A DNA stretch of 62,608 bases, filler included. It is 11 parts of 11 records of this genome, joined end to end, with 100 filler letters (N's around TTAATTAATTAA, not from the genome) between each part and the next. Parts side by side here need not be neighbours in the genome. Positions count along the whole stretch, not along the records: positions 48,020 to 51,992 come from SRR15195285_4284; positions 52,093 to 56,929 come from SRR15195285_4290; positions 57,030 to 62,608 come from SRR15195285_4296; 8 more parts are not named here. One strand, given 5' to 3'. Position numbers and translations under genes: made by a program. The notes beneath the pieces are model-generated. The model was not told the DNA's origin and ran no database searches. It saw only the letters and a list, made by a program, of their open reading frames with translations. The first letter of the stretch is position 1; each line of letters opens with the position of its first letter. Shown in pieces: positions 51,779 to 62,608 of this stretch.

Positions 51779-52566
51779 TGCGGCAGCCACAGCACACACA
51801 CGCGCGGTTGGCACGCTCACGCCAGAGACAGAGCGACAGGGCGATCATAGCGAGAGGCCAGCCAGCCAGCCGCACAAGATAGCCACAGCAATATGTCTAC
51901 AGCTACACGGACTGTGAAGCAGAGGGACGGAGGGACAGACAGGCATACAGGCTCATTCACCGACACGCACACGCACACGCACACGCACACGCNNNNNNNN
52001 NNNNNNNNNNNNNNNNNNNNNNNNNNNNNNNNNNNNTTAATTAATTAANNNNNNNNNNNNNNNNNNNNNNNNNNNNNNNNNNNNNNNNNNNNAGTGGCAA
52101 CTTTTAGAAGAGATCTGGGCCGAGAAATAGATCTTTAGGCCGAAAAATAGATCTATTAGCCATGTGGGCCAGAACCACCCTTTTCTCTACTACTTCCGCG
52201 CATTGGGCGTTTTTCCCATTTCCACCTTTTCCAATTTCTATGAAGTACAGTATATCCTCTAGATTATGCGCTTGAGCGAAGATAATTCCAGACGGCGGAC
52301 TTGAATCACTCGAGCCAAGGTGCAAGGAATAATCGATTACCGCGGAACAGGATCCTGCTACCCGGGTACTAGTACAGTACGTAGCTTGGCGCCCGGCGAC
52401 GTTAACAATGAAATCCTCATGCGATTCGGATACAAGTACAGTAGTGCACGCCTATATTGTACCGCGCGGTATATACTAGGAAATAATACGCGGCGCCGCC
52501 GCCGCGGCGCCGCGGTGCGAGTGTCGCGACACGACGTGGCGCCGCTACGACGTGGCGTGTCGTTCA

Positions 52567-52638
52567 AGGCTACGTTCAAGCATCTCGCTCGGGTTCGTGG
52601 CGCGTGGTTCTCAGGCTACGTTCAAGCATCTCGCTCGG
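52567..52638 (+). repeat. 26-bp perfect direct repeat just upstream of the ATG at 52646
   Basis: AGGCTACGTTCAAGCATCTCGCTCGG at 52567-52592 and 52613-52638. Confidence 0.9.
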
Positions 52639-52645
52639 CGGCAGC

Positions 52646-55600
52646 ATGAAGCACGCGCTGCTGGCTGCGCTGCTGGTATTGGTGCTCCTCCATCCAGAGT
52701 CGTTATCTGTTGCCGCGCCTACATGCTGCAGCGCGTCGGCCTTCCGCGAGAACGTCGTCATCGGCGGGGAAAGTAGCATGGGACCAATCGCCCAGACACG
52801 CACCACCACGGATTGCTGCACCAGATGTCAATCCAATCCAGCTTGCGATTGCTGTAAGTGCGATGTTGTCTGCATCTCAACCTCCTTCACCCACAGGCTA
52901 GCCAGCCAGGTCTTCTTGCTCAAGCTGCATGACTGACGCGCATTACATGCAGGGACATGGAAGACTGGGAACCACGACTGCATGCTCAAGAATGCCTCGC
53001 AGTGTCACGGGGAGCACACGCACAAGTATCGATTTTCTGGCTCTATCTCGCGGCCCTGCACAACGCCGCCAGGCCCTCCGAACCCTCCCCCGGGGCCCCC
53101 CTCCCCCCCTCATGAAGGTAGCCTCGTGGTGGTGCCACCTGTGGACGTGGTGCCTATCAACGGCATTGCGGAGTGGACGATCACCATTGAGAATGCGACG
53201 ACTCCAGCACACATGGCAGTTGATGATCACAGCGGGACGACGAGAAGTGCTTGGGAAGCTCTCAACGTGACACTTGACCTGCATCCCCCGCCCGGCGCCG
53301 CGCCGTACAATGCCAGTCATCGCGGATTTCTGTACGCTGGGTCGGTTTGGAAGGTCCGCGCTGCGCTGCGGCATCCGGGGCGGTATACCTACACGCTGAA
53401 TGTGTCATGGACAGGCAGCTCGACACCAGCCCACCGTTCACAGGGAACGGCGATATGCTCGTCCACTGCAGCTCCACAGAACCATTCGGTTGGTTTGCGT
53501 GGTTTCCTCCGCCCGCAATTTGGCATGCCACCGTTTCGCACGGCATTTGAAGACGGCTCACTTTTTACGGGTCTCGGCATCGGGGACTGCCTGAACGACC
53601 AACTGAACTTCCTCACATACAACGAAACAGACGGCTCTCAGTTCAATCGGTCATTTGAGGAATATGTGAGTGATTACAGCAACGCTGGCTTCAACATCTT
53701 TCGCTGGAGCAATGGTAATTGCGCCTGGCGGATAGAAGAGAGCTTCGACGGTACCCCTGGCCGACCAGTAGGAAACATCTATTCCGAAAAGTACGTGCTC
53801 CTTCTCGATCGAGTCTTTGACACGTTCCGTGCTGCCGGCATGTCGATGTGGAGTCTTCCGTTTGCAAAAGACTCGCGAGCGCCACTGTTCCCGAACATGG
53901 GAGATGGCGACACTGAGTACCATCATGCGCAGCGCGAGGCTATCGAGAAACATCTGGAATTCGTTGTAGCGCGATGGGGAGCACAGACGGATGTCTGGAG
54001 CCTGCTCAATGAACAGCGTGCGGATACCAGGTGGCTCACGGTTGCTGCAGAATACGTGCGCTCGATTGATCCGTATCATCACCCGATCACTTCGAGCTGG
54101 AACGATCATGTGAACATGACCCAGATCGAGATAGATTCGGTGCACTGGTACTACGGCGATACAACCGTAGGGACGAAGCATTCGGCGGCCGCGGCAGCGA
54201 CAATGATCGACTCAGAGTTGGCGAAAGGCAAGCCTGTGTTTTTCACTGAGAGCGGGAATCGGGCGCATAACTGGGACTTTGACTCGCACACGCGCATGCG
54301 GATTCGGTCGTGGGTGGCCTTTTTCAAGGCTGCTGCCCTCATCTGGTGGAATACTGCGGCGACGCGCAACTGCAAACCATGTGGCGGTGGCAACATGTAC
54401 CTCGGCCCACTCGAGCGCTCTTATAATCTTGTCCTGCGACTATTTGCCGATCACATGACAGACCCAGCGGTCCAGCCACTGGAGGTCGGTGCAACCCTTC
54501 CAGGTATCAATGTTTTCGGGCTACGCGGTGCAGTGGGGCTGAGCGGCGGCACGCAGGTGATGGTGTATCTTCATCACAACGCCAGTCATACCGTAAATAT
54601 CTCGACCGGCGTGACGTTTGGCAGTGACGTCAACCTGACTGGATGCACAGGCGAGTGGCTCCTTCCTACTGACGGGGCAACCACCCCAGCTGTGTACTCA
54701 AGTGATACTGACGCTTTCACCTCTCCGTTGTTCAATGTGGATATGGCTCTGCGCCTCACCTGTACAAGTGGACCTTCTCCTCCACCGACACCCCCGCTGC
54801 CACCGCCGCCAGCACCATCGCCACCAGCCCCAACTCCACAGGGCGGCGTGGGTGGCACGCGGTACAAGCACTGGAGCAGTGTGCAGGGCGCTAACTATGT
54901 GCCGTCGTACTCAACCACTGACGTCAAGGATATCTTCCGACCTGGCTTCTGGAATGCTGCGGTGGTCGATCGCGAATTGGGCTATGCCAAGCTGCTGGCT
55001 GTCAACTCTCTACGTGTTTTTGTCACTCACGGTGCATACAGCGGCGACAATAACACTGCTGCGTTCCTGAAGAACTATCAGGCGTTCCAGCAGCTATCAA
55101 AGTCTCATGGGCTAACCCTACTGGTAACCCTAGGCACAGGTGAGCGTGCACCGTCCGGAAACTGCAGTGAAACGACAGATTTTGTCAACGCAATAGTGGA
55201 CGCAGAAGTGGCTGGTGTTGTTATTGCCTACGAGGCTGACAACGAGCCCACATCGTATGTGATCGAGTTTCTAATCAACTGCACTCTCCCGGCGCTCAAC
55301 GCAGCGTCTCGCAATCCCAACGTTGATATCGGCGTTGGTGTGGCACATGTTGGCGAAGTTAGCATGGTCAAGAATTTCGTCACAACGCTGAATTGGCACT
55401 CGTACAACGGAAAAGACAACGGTGGTGGCTTGCACGAAGAAATCAATGAGGTGCAGAAGTACGTCAACAAGTTCAGCCCGCCAAAGCAGCTGGTGCTTAC
55501 TGAGTGGCTTGCCCGGCCGGCGCAGCCACTTGCAGCTGCGTACCCGGTCATCAGAGACAGTGGAGTAGCTGCCTACAACTGGGCATTGATTATCGTTGAC

Positions 55601-56929
55601 TGCACCACGCATTGGAATCGCCCCGTGGTGCCCGCAGACCCTGTTTTTCAAGGCATGATATGGCCAAATGGGACAGTGCTTGACGATGTTGAGGAAGGCG
55701 AGTGCATGCGCAACCAGTGTAAAACGCTGCAATACGTGCACCACTGCTGCAACAACATGAACGCTGGTGGGGCAGCGCTAAATGCACTCTGGGCCTTCAG
55801 TGGGTTGAATGGTTCTGATTGGCAGACTGAGCTCTTCGGATCACCTACTTTCAAGAATCCAGGACCTCGTGAAGGCTCCATGCGCTGGACGAACACCTCA
55901 GGTGCATCTGTCAAAATTGGACCTCTGCCGACCGGGACCAAGCGCGTTGCACTGTATCTCCCCTTGTCTCCAAATGGTGCTGAATATGTAGTCGAGCTTG
56001 ACGGCAAGCAGATCCACTCAGGCACGACCATGTCACATACGAAAAAATGGGTGGCACGCACTATACTTCCAGTTGTGGGAGGAAAAATGCTCAATGTGGC
56101 CGTTGGCAAGAATTTGACACCCATGACGCAGTTCAGCGTTTCTGGTGTGACCTTCTTTGCTAATGCATCTGGCTGGGAGGCCGCCATCAATCTGTTGGAC
56201 TCACAAGAGCCAATGCGTCTCAAGAACGACGACAGTAGTGCTCCAACACCACCAACTCCAACCCCAGCGCTTCCTCCTTGGGACGCGACATGGTCGATGG
56301 CCCGATCTACGGTCGCGTTCCCCGCCAACTTCACTGGTGTGTACGATCCAGTGTTGGCTGCAAAATTTGGTCTCAACATGTTTGATCAGTCAAATGGACA
56401 ATTGCTGTGGAGTGCTCACGTACACCACTTCGACGAAGGACCCGAATTGTTTGACATGGAAGATTTTCTTCTCAACCAGCAGATTGCCCAAGTCAAAGCC
56501 ATCAATCCAGACTCAAAGGCTTTTATCTATCGTTCAGGCCAGTGCGCTCTGAGCTATGTGAGGGTCTTTCGGGGCGAAATGATGGACCCATCCAAGAAAC
56601 ATCTCTGGATCTCGTATCGGTCAAATGGATCAGGTCCAGCTGGTGACGTGTACTCTGAGGTCAGCCCGGGGCCGTTTTGCCCTGGAAACAACGGGACTCT
56701 GCCGCCGCCGGCAGGTGGATGGTGGCCAAGTTTGTCTGGAAAGAACATCATGTGCGGTAACGACTGGTTTTTCGACTTTACTGTGCAAGCGGCCAGAGAT
56801 TTTTACACCAGTGATGCCGTGCTGCGAATAACGGACAAACGAGTGGATGGGTTCTTTTATGATGATGTTTCGGGACTTGGGACAGAGCATGGGGCACTGA
56901 TTCGCAAGACAGGAATGTCACCAACAGAC
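52646..56929 (+). CDS. Secreted multi-module carbohydrate-active protein: PAN/apple domain plus at least three glycoside-hydrolase-like domains; 3' truncated
   Basis: Signal peptide MKHALLAALLVLVLL. Intron 52854-52952 gives CC..C...C.CWTW..C.LK (PAN). First barrel WSLLNEQ..FFTESG; second barrel GANYVPS..DRELGYA..NSLRVF..NEP..LTEW (clan GH-A-like Glu pairs); third domain VKAINP..FIYR..DFT..VDGFFYDD. Pro-rich linkers between modules. Confidence 0.8.
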
Positions 56930-57631
56930 NNNNNNNNNNNNNNNNNNNNNNNNNNNNNNNNNNNNNNNNNNNNTTAATTAATTAANNNNNNNNNNNNNNN
57001 NNNNNNNNNNNNNNNNNNNNNNNNNNNNNCCAAATATTCTGAGCCTAGTGCAATCTGGAGTTCAACCAGTTTCCACGTGCTTGTTCACAGCAGTACCGGA
57101 CTCGCATGCACGTGAAGTGCCCAGATTCATTCCCAGATGCATTCGCGAATTTCAAGCAATGTCAATTCGGAACAAATTCGTACTGCTGAATTGCGTTAGG
57201 ATTGCTTTTCAATGCTGCCCCCAATATTCTGACCCTAGAGCGCGTCATCCGTCAAGTTTCTTCCAGTTTCTCGATCACAATCCGGTTCCTACACGGTATT
57301 TCCCGGTTTGACGCGTCCCCGCCGCGCGCGCGGCCGGGCGTTGACGCGCGCGTTGCTCGCGACCGCGCGCGCGCGAGCGCGCGATGGCAGAATGCCCTCG
57401 GGCGTCAAGATGGACCAATCATATTCCCTGGATGTGCATCAGACTTGAGAGCTGCAGCCCGCCGCCGTCACACCTGGCAAGCTAAGGACAGTCAGTGGAG
57501 GCCCTCCACCACTGACCTCTTGGGTGGTGCCGCAGGATGTAGCCGTGTGGAAGGCGTGGCTGCATCCCACGTCCCGGCGTCTTGCCAGCCGCCGTTGACA
57601 CGCACCAGGCCTCGCTCGAACAGGTGCGGGA

Positions 57632-58336
57632 ATGGGAAACGCGATAGCACCGTGCTGTGAGGACGGTAGCTCTGCCACACTCGTAGGGACCCACTGGGGT
57701 GAGGGGACGCCGTGGGCGGCAGTAGTCGACGGTGTGACGAGTGCATATATTGACACAGACGGGGTGGTCCAAGAGGACGCCAAAACACTGCACATCCGCT
57801 CCGCTCCTGGTTCAAGCCGACTTCCTCGCGTGCCACTATACGAGGGTCCCGACAAGCAGACCCGCCAGTTGGGATTTCTCGATCTATGCACGCCCGCGAG
57901 GGTGTTAGAAGAGTCGAGCGACGCGCGCTGGGTCCATGTGCAAGAGGAGACCGACAGCGACAGAAGCGTCGGGCGCAGCGGCTGGGTGAACGCTCGCTCT
58001 GTACCGCAGCAGGTAGTGAATCGGCTCTGCGCACGTACAGATCTCGGTCGTCCTTCGCTTGAGACCGTGCATGCTGCACTCTCGCATAGTGGAGGAGATC
58101 TGACCGATGCTGTCAGGGAATTGAGGAATGCATACGCAAGTCAGGTGGGCGGCCGTGGGAGTCCGCCTCCACGAATTCCGGTGAAGGAGATCACCCAAGC
58201 GGCGGTTGACTCGAGTCTGCTTTCGTCCGAGGAGAGAACGAACCAACGCCGTAGTCCCTCGATGCTGTATCAAGCAGGGCAACCCCTGCGTGCCCTGAAG
58301 GTGGAGACCAGCAGTGCTAGAGCCGACCTCATTTAA
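57632..58336 (+). CDS. Putative N-acylated protein with SH3-like and UBA-like domains
   Basis: N-terminus MGNAIAPCC (Gly2 plus Cys-Cys). SH3b-like RVLEE...WVHVQ...SGWV. UBA-like V.AALSHSGGDL..AVREL. Confidence 0.6.
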   Translation: MGNAIAPCCEDGSSATLVGTHWGEGTPWAAVVDGVTSAYIDTDGVVQEDAKTLHIRSAPGSSRLPRVPLYEGPDKQTRQLGFLDLCTPARVLEESSDARWVHVQEETDSDRSVGRSGWVNARSVPQQVVNRLCARTDLGRPSLETVHAALSHSGGDLTDAVRELRNAYASQVGGRGSPPPRIPVKEITQAAVDSSLLSSEERTNQRRSPSMLYQAGQPLRALKVETSSARADLI

Positions 58337-58465
58337 CGCTCTGGCAGCCCTTCCGTGCATGGATTAGCGGCAGAGTAACGCGATAATCAGAAAGCAATCT
58401 CACAACTCTCCTCGTGTAGACTCGTACATTTACAGGTACCTATACCCTGAGTCCTCGACGGGAGC

Positions 58466-60088
58466 TCAAGGACGCGCTGGCTGTGACTCAACGAGCACTC
58501 TCCGCGCCGCAACAGCCAGCGACGCACTGCCTTCTGTGTCAGACTCTGACCCACTCATGCTTGACCGTCGATGCTGCTTCAAAATCTGGTCAGACGACAT
58601 CTCAGCAATGCCTGCACTGCCTTCATCCGCATCGCTATCTGACTCGCCGAACGTACTCTCGCGTGCTAGCGCGGCGTACGGCGCGAAAGTCCCACGCTTT
58701 GACTTGGGCGCGCCGCGGCTGCTTACACCTGCACGCTTCTCTAGCTCGGCTTCGATCCGTTCTAGCTCTGAGGAGTTCGTTATGTCTCCGCTGACGGTTG
58801 CATAACCTCTATGGTTGCTGTGCTGCAGCAGCCAGCAGACGCAAACTACGCGGACGAGAACAAATAGCAACAGCAGCATGACGATCCAGCCCCAACTATT
58901 CAGTTCGGCTTCAATCGAGTACGCCAAGTCGCGCCAAGCTAAGTCCTCTGCCTCACAGTTGATGACCGAGCCGAGCGGTGAGCCTGCGACCGTCTCATTC
59001 CCTGCTCTGCCGACCCCTGACGATTCTGTCTGTCTTGATGCTGGTATTGAGGTGCTGTTGCACTCCAGCAATTCTTGATACTCGTGGAGGAGCTTCGACA
59101 GCTCCTCATCGTCTCCGATCGTGGCCTTCAGCTGTCCCAGTACCTGTGCTTTCTCGAAAAAGCACGAGCGCGCTATGAAAAGCAGAATGACAGACACCAC
59201 CAGGAGTAGCACGACATTCAGCGTTCTGAGGCCCTTCGCAGTAATCTGCCCACCACGGCCAGCCTTGGGAAGCCAGAGATTGAGGTAGCTCCACACAGAC
59301 AGCCCGATCAGGGAACACCCAGTCACAAGAATGATACTTGAGAGTGCGGCGCCCAGCGATGATGAAAGGTCGCGATCATCTGTCAATGCCAAGCCAATCA
59401 GCAGCCAGCCAGAGAACAGGCCGATGTGTGCAAGCAGCAGCTCGGTCTTCCGCACAATCTGTTCAACTCCAATGACCTGCTTTGCCGACCCAAGAGCGGC
59501 CAGCATGAGGGCGACCAGCAACAGTGCAAGCACGCCCACCCTTGTGTAAAGTGTGGGCGCAAACTCCTCTTTGACTCTGTCCCAGCACGCGGCGCTGTAC
59601 ACTCGAAAGCAACCGCCCCGCTCGGCCTCGCTCGCGTTGGCAGCGAGCTGCACGTCCTGTGGTAGCAGCCCGAACGTATGCTGCCAGTCCTTGCTGGCAC
59701 GCAGCCGCACCTCATCCTCCACCTCGTCCGCATGGCTCAAGACCATGCACCCGGCCCAGAACCCAAGCACGATGCTGAGGAACAGCGCCACGAAGTAGAC
59801 GTACATGAGATTCCGCCCTGTCAGTACGCCGGCCAGACCAACCGCTCCGAGCACAAGCGCACATATCCCGAACGTGGTGAGCAAATCCAGCACGTTAGCC
59901 TGGTCATCCTCCACCGGCACGTCGGCGTCCGTCGCCCCGCCATCCTCACTGGTGGTACTCGCCACAACGATCAAGATGAGTCCCAGCAGAGCCAGCAGCA
60001 GATTCAGTACCACCAAGGCTGTCGCTGCCTTCTGGTGCTCCCGCTGCATGTCCTTCGCGCCCAGACATCCGCACAACGGCATCGCCAC
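58466..60088 (-). CDS. Eight-TM protein made of two tandem tetraspanin-like units
   Basis: Two sets of TM1-TM2-TM3, a large Cys-containing loop, then TM4. TM2/TM3 of unit 1 read GAVGLAGV....LMYVYFVALF. Confidence 0.65.
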   Translation of the reverse strand: MAMPLCGCLGAKDMQREHQKAATALVVLNLLLALLGLILIVVASTTSEDGGATDADVPVEDDQANVLDLLTTFGICALVLGAVGLAGVLTGRNLMYVYFVALFLSIVLGFWAGCMVLSHADEVEDEVRLRASKDWQHTFGLLPQDVQLAANASEAERGGCFRVYSAACWDRVKEEFAPTLYTRVGVLALLLVALMLAALGSAKQVIGVEQIVRKTELLLAHIGLFSGWLLIGLALTDDRDLSSSLGAALSSIILVTGCSLIGLSVWSYLNLWLPKAGRGGQITAKGLRTLNVVLLLVVSVILLFIARSCFFEKAQVLGQLKATIGDDEELSKLLHEYQELLECNSTSIPASRQTESSGVGRAGNETVAGSPLGSVINCEAEDLAWRDLAYSIEAELNSWGWIVMLLLLFVLVRVVCVCWLLQHSNHRGYATVSGDITNSSELERIEAELEKRAGVSSRGAPKSKRGTFAPYAALARESTFGESDSDADEGSAGIAEMSSDQILKQHRRSSMSGSESDTEGSASLAVAARRVLVESQPARP

Positions 60089-60614
60089 TGCACGACCACG
60101 AGGCCAGCTCTCACATTGAGCGGGTTACCCGAGCCGAGCCGAGCCAAGCCAAGCCCCCGAAGCAGCAGCGACCGGGGAAGAGGCAGGAGAGAGGAGACAG
60201 GAGCTGCCCCGCCAGCCAGGTTTGCAGCGAGCTGGGCGCACGAGGGTCGCGCGGCGCGCGGTCCCCGCCCAGCGGCGCGCGAGGGAAGATCATTAGATCA
60301 AGATGTGCACGCGCGGCGTACCGTAAGTCTAAGACTCGAAAGACTAGTGATGTCTGATGATACGCGGGTACATCCAGTGTTAAATTCTCAAACACACGCA
60401 TGCCGCTTCCCAGCATCCCCTGGAACGGCCTCCATCCATCGTCCATGGTGGGCGCAAACCGCAATAGAATCGATCGACTGCGAATTTGGTCGCCACGGCA
60501 CCCACACACACACGCCACAGTGCTACCTACTCTTGGACCCTCACTGGCAGCGGGCTCCTGCGCTCCCGTGGCTCGCTCACAGACACAGAGAATGCTGGCG
60601 TAGTCAGTGAGCTG

Positions 60615-61497
60615 ATGACCGCGATGTGTGCCTTCCGTGCCGTTCCCCGTGCCGCGGCGTGTGGCTGGCTACGCTCCGGCGTGGCAGTCCGCACTGCCGC
60701 TGTGGCGTCGAGGGCGAGGCAGTTCTCGAGTGGGGAGCAGTTCACCGTGTACCACGACGCGAACTGTGCCGTCTGCAAATCGGTGGTGGAGACGCTGGTT
60801 TCTGCCGACGCCCCATACGCGACCATGTCGTTCCTGAAGAAATCGCCGAAAGAGGATGCGCTGCTGCAAGTTGCGCGGGTGCTCGAAGGAGGCGCCGAGC
60901 TGATGCTGCAGGACAACTCATGGCCTCGGGTGACCGATCCGAAGGAGGTGCGCGCGTGTTCAATCTGGCGCGTGACCATCATCATCCACTCTGATGTTTG
61001 CCATTGTGTTGCAGATCGCGAATGTGTGCGCCAACAACCCTGGCTTGATGCAGCGGCCGATCGTGGTCGCGCCTGACGGCACCACCGCAGTCACAGTGCC
61101 GCTGGCTGCACATTCCAGTGAGTTGCACGCGTGGATCAACGCCCAGTCTTTCACAACGGTCTCGGAGAAGCAAGCGGCCGAGGAGGCAGAACCCGCCCAA
61201 CAATCCGCGGCGGCGGCAGATGGGTCACCACCTGTGGACAGTTTCTACTCAAGCATGTCGCACGGTGATGATGACGCAGCGGACGAGCAGGACGATGAGG
61301 ACTTGATCCCCGGCAGTGTCGATGACGCAGCTGAGGCATTGAAAAACATGGTAACGCAGATGCCAGAAAGCGAACTGCGATCTGCGGCCGAGATGATGGA
61401 GCTCGGCGACCTGGAGGGTTTGGATAGAGACAACCTGAGCACGGAAGAACTGCGCGAGATTGTGCTAGCCGCGATCAGCTCCGCGGTAGCTAGGTGA
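60615..61497 (+). CDS. ArsC/Spx-family thioredoxin-fold protein with a probable mitochondrial presequence (2 exons)
   Basis: Arg/Ala/Ser presequence ending RQFSS. TVYHDANCAVC. Intron 60948-61014 joins to NPGLMQRPIVV. Acidic C-terminal extension. Confidence 0.75.
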
Positions 61498-61565
61498 GAT
61501 GCTGCGCAGAGCAACCGATGAGGCCGCCGCACGAAGAGACTATTTGTACGGTCAACGTTTCGTGA

Positions 61566-62360
61566 TTATTTCTTGGACTTTTTCTTCTTTTTCTTCTCGT
61601 CGCTTGCGTCGCCGCCTGCTTTTCGCTTCTTCTCCTTGGTCTTCTTCGGGGTCCCCTTGTCCTGGTCCTTCTTCTTATTCTTCTCTTTCTTCTTCTTTTT
61701 CTCTTTTTTAGACTTGTCCTTGTCGCTCTTCTTCGCTTTCCCCTTGGCCTTGACCTTCTTCTTTTTTCGTCGCTCATGCACCACCTTCGGTCTCTCGGGC
61801 ACTATGATCACACCGTTCTCATCTCTCCGAATCTCACCGAGAGCAATCGATGCCGCGCTCCCGCCTTCCCCTCTACCCTCTTGTGCCTGCACTCGTTTTA
61901 ACTTGCCAAATCGCGCCATCGCTCCACCATGGCCACCTTGCCCACCGCCTGCACCGCGCCCGCCACAGGCTCTCAGCAGCGCGATCTCCTCCTCCGTCGC
62001 ACAGTTGCCAGCCTGCGCCTGAATCAGCATCTCCATTTTGGACTGGTCCCCAACTTCGTCAGAGTCGCTATCGGAGTCCGAGTCCGAGTCCGAGTCGGAG
62101 TCGCTTGGGATCTGAATCTTTGAGGCGATTGACGCGAATTTATGCTTCCGCTCCTTGATGGCGTCGTCCGCGGTGTCGGCGACTCCCACGCCAAGACCAA
62201 CACCATCTTCGCGCTTTGTCACTGTGACGATGTTGACACGTCCGGACTCGTCCTTTCCGAGACCCTTGCCCACTGCCCAGCCCATTGACGCCATCATCTT
62301 GGCCCCAAAGCCAGAGGAGTTTTTCAGCGCCGCATACGGATCCATCTCTACTCCCGGCAT
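61566..62360 (-). CDS. G-patch protein with a Lys-rich tail (PINX1/Gno1- or GPATCH4-like)
   Basis: FGAKMMASMGWAVGKGLGKDESG...GLG at the N-terminus, SD repeat, KKE/D-type tail. Confidence 0.85.
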   Translation of the reverse strand: MPGVEMDPYAALKNSSGFGAKMMASMGWAVGKGLGKDESGRVNIVTVTKREDGVGLGVGVADTADDAIKERKHKFASIASKIQIPSDSDSDSDSDSDSDSDEVGDQSKMEMLIQAQAGNCATEEEIALLRACGGRGAGGGQGGHGGAMARFGKLKRVQAQEGRGEGGSAASIALGEIRRDENGVIIVPERPKVVHERRKKKKVKAKGKAKKSDKDKSKKEKKKKKEKNKKKDQDKGTPKKTKEKKRKAGGDASDEKKKKKKSKK

Positions 62361-62608
62361 CGCTACTACAGACAGGAGCAGCCCTCAGCAACGCTGCTGC
62401 TCTACCCTCTTCCACACCCTCGGCCCAGCGGCAACCCCACACGCTTCTCTCGGCACGAGAGCTCCTTTGCTGCTGGCTCGAGGCCGCGGCGCTTCCTCGC
62501 TGGCGCCCTGCTGGTGCAGCCCGGCGCTGCTCCGGGACCAGCCAAGGGCTGTTGGAGTTCTCACCGGCGGCGGCGGCCGATCACAGGCTGGGTTGGATTC
62601 TTGTGGAG

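Noticed and set aside
50986-51882. Long antisense ORFs (298 aa here; also 59678-60610, 55648-56379, 32555-33214)
   Set aside because: Shadow frames of GC-rich coding sequence on the opposite strand, with no recognisable motifs.
51964-51992. (CACACG)n and other simple repeats at contig ends as telomere or functional repeats
   Set aside because: The units differ at each end and match no telomere motif; best explained as assembly break points.
52567-52638. Repeat-spacer-repeat resembling a mini CRISPR array
   Set aside because: Only two copies, a 20-nt spacer, no cas genes and a eukaryotic context.
57030-57300. Imperfect repeat AATATTCTGA.CCTAG at about 57033 and 57223, plus GAATT-rich words
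   Set aside because: Too short and degenerate to define an element from this window alone.

Overview
This is not one locus. It is 11 unrelated contigs joined by ten artificial 100-nt spacers (N44-TTAATTAATTAA-N44), so adjacency across a spacer means nothing. The DNA is eukaryotic nuclear sequence: GC-rich, gene-dense, with short GT-AG introns, CTGAC-like branch sites and short intergenic regions. It is probably a draft single-cell or metagenome assembly of a heterotrophic flagellated protist (inference from gene content). Recognisable genes: GH27 alpha-galactosidase, an IP3-receptor fragment, SMG1 kinase, SLD5/GINS4 and ADCK1-like fragments, a PIH1-family co-chaperone, a G-patch protein, an ArsC/Spx-like protein, ankyrin proteins and a multi-glycoside-hydrolase ORF. 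Two architectures stand out. (1) 26656-31914: a permuted papain-like (NlpC/P60) enzyme whose His half and Glu/Cys half are split by an inserted C2 + voltage-sensor (S1-S4, no pore) + PH-like cassette, a candidate new voltage-sensing enzyme. (2) 21711-26096: an HTH/Zn/CG-1-like + polyQ + NLS region tethered by one TM helix to a TNFR-like/Kelch ectodomain, a candidate membrane-tethered receptor-transcription factor. All domain calls come from reading motifs by eye; no database search was run.
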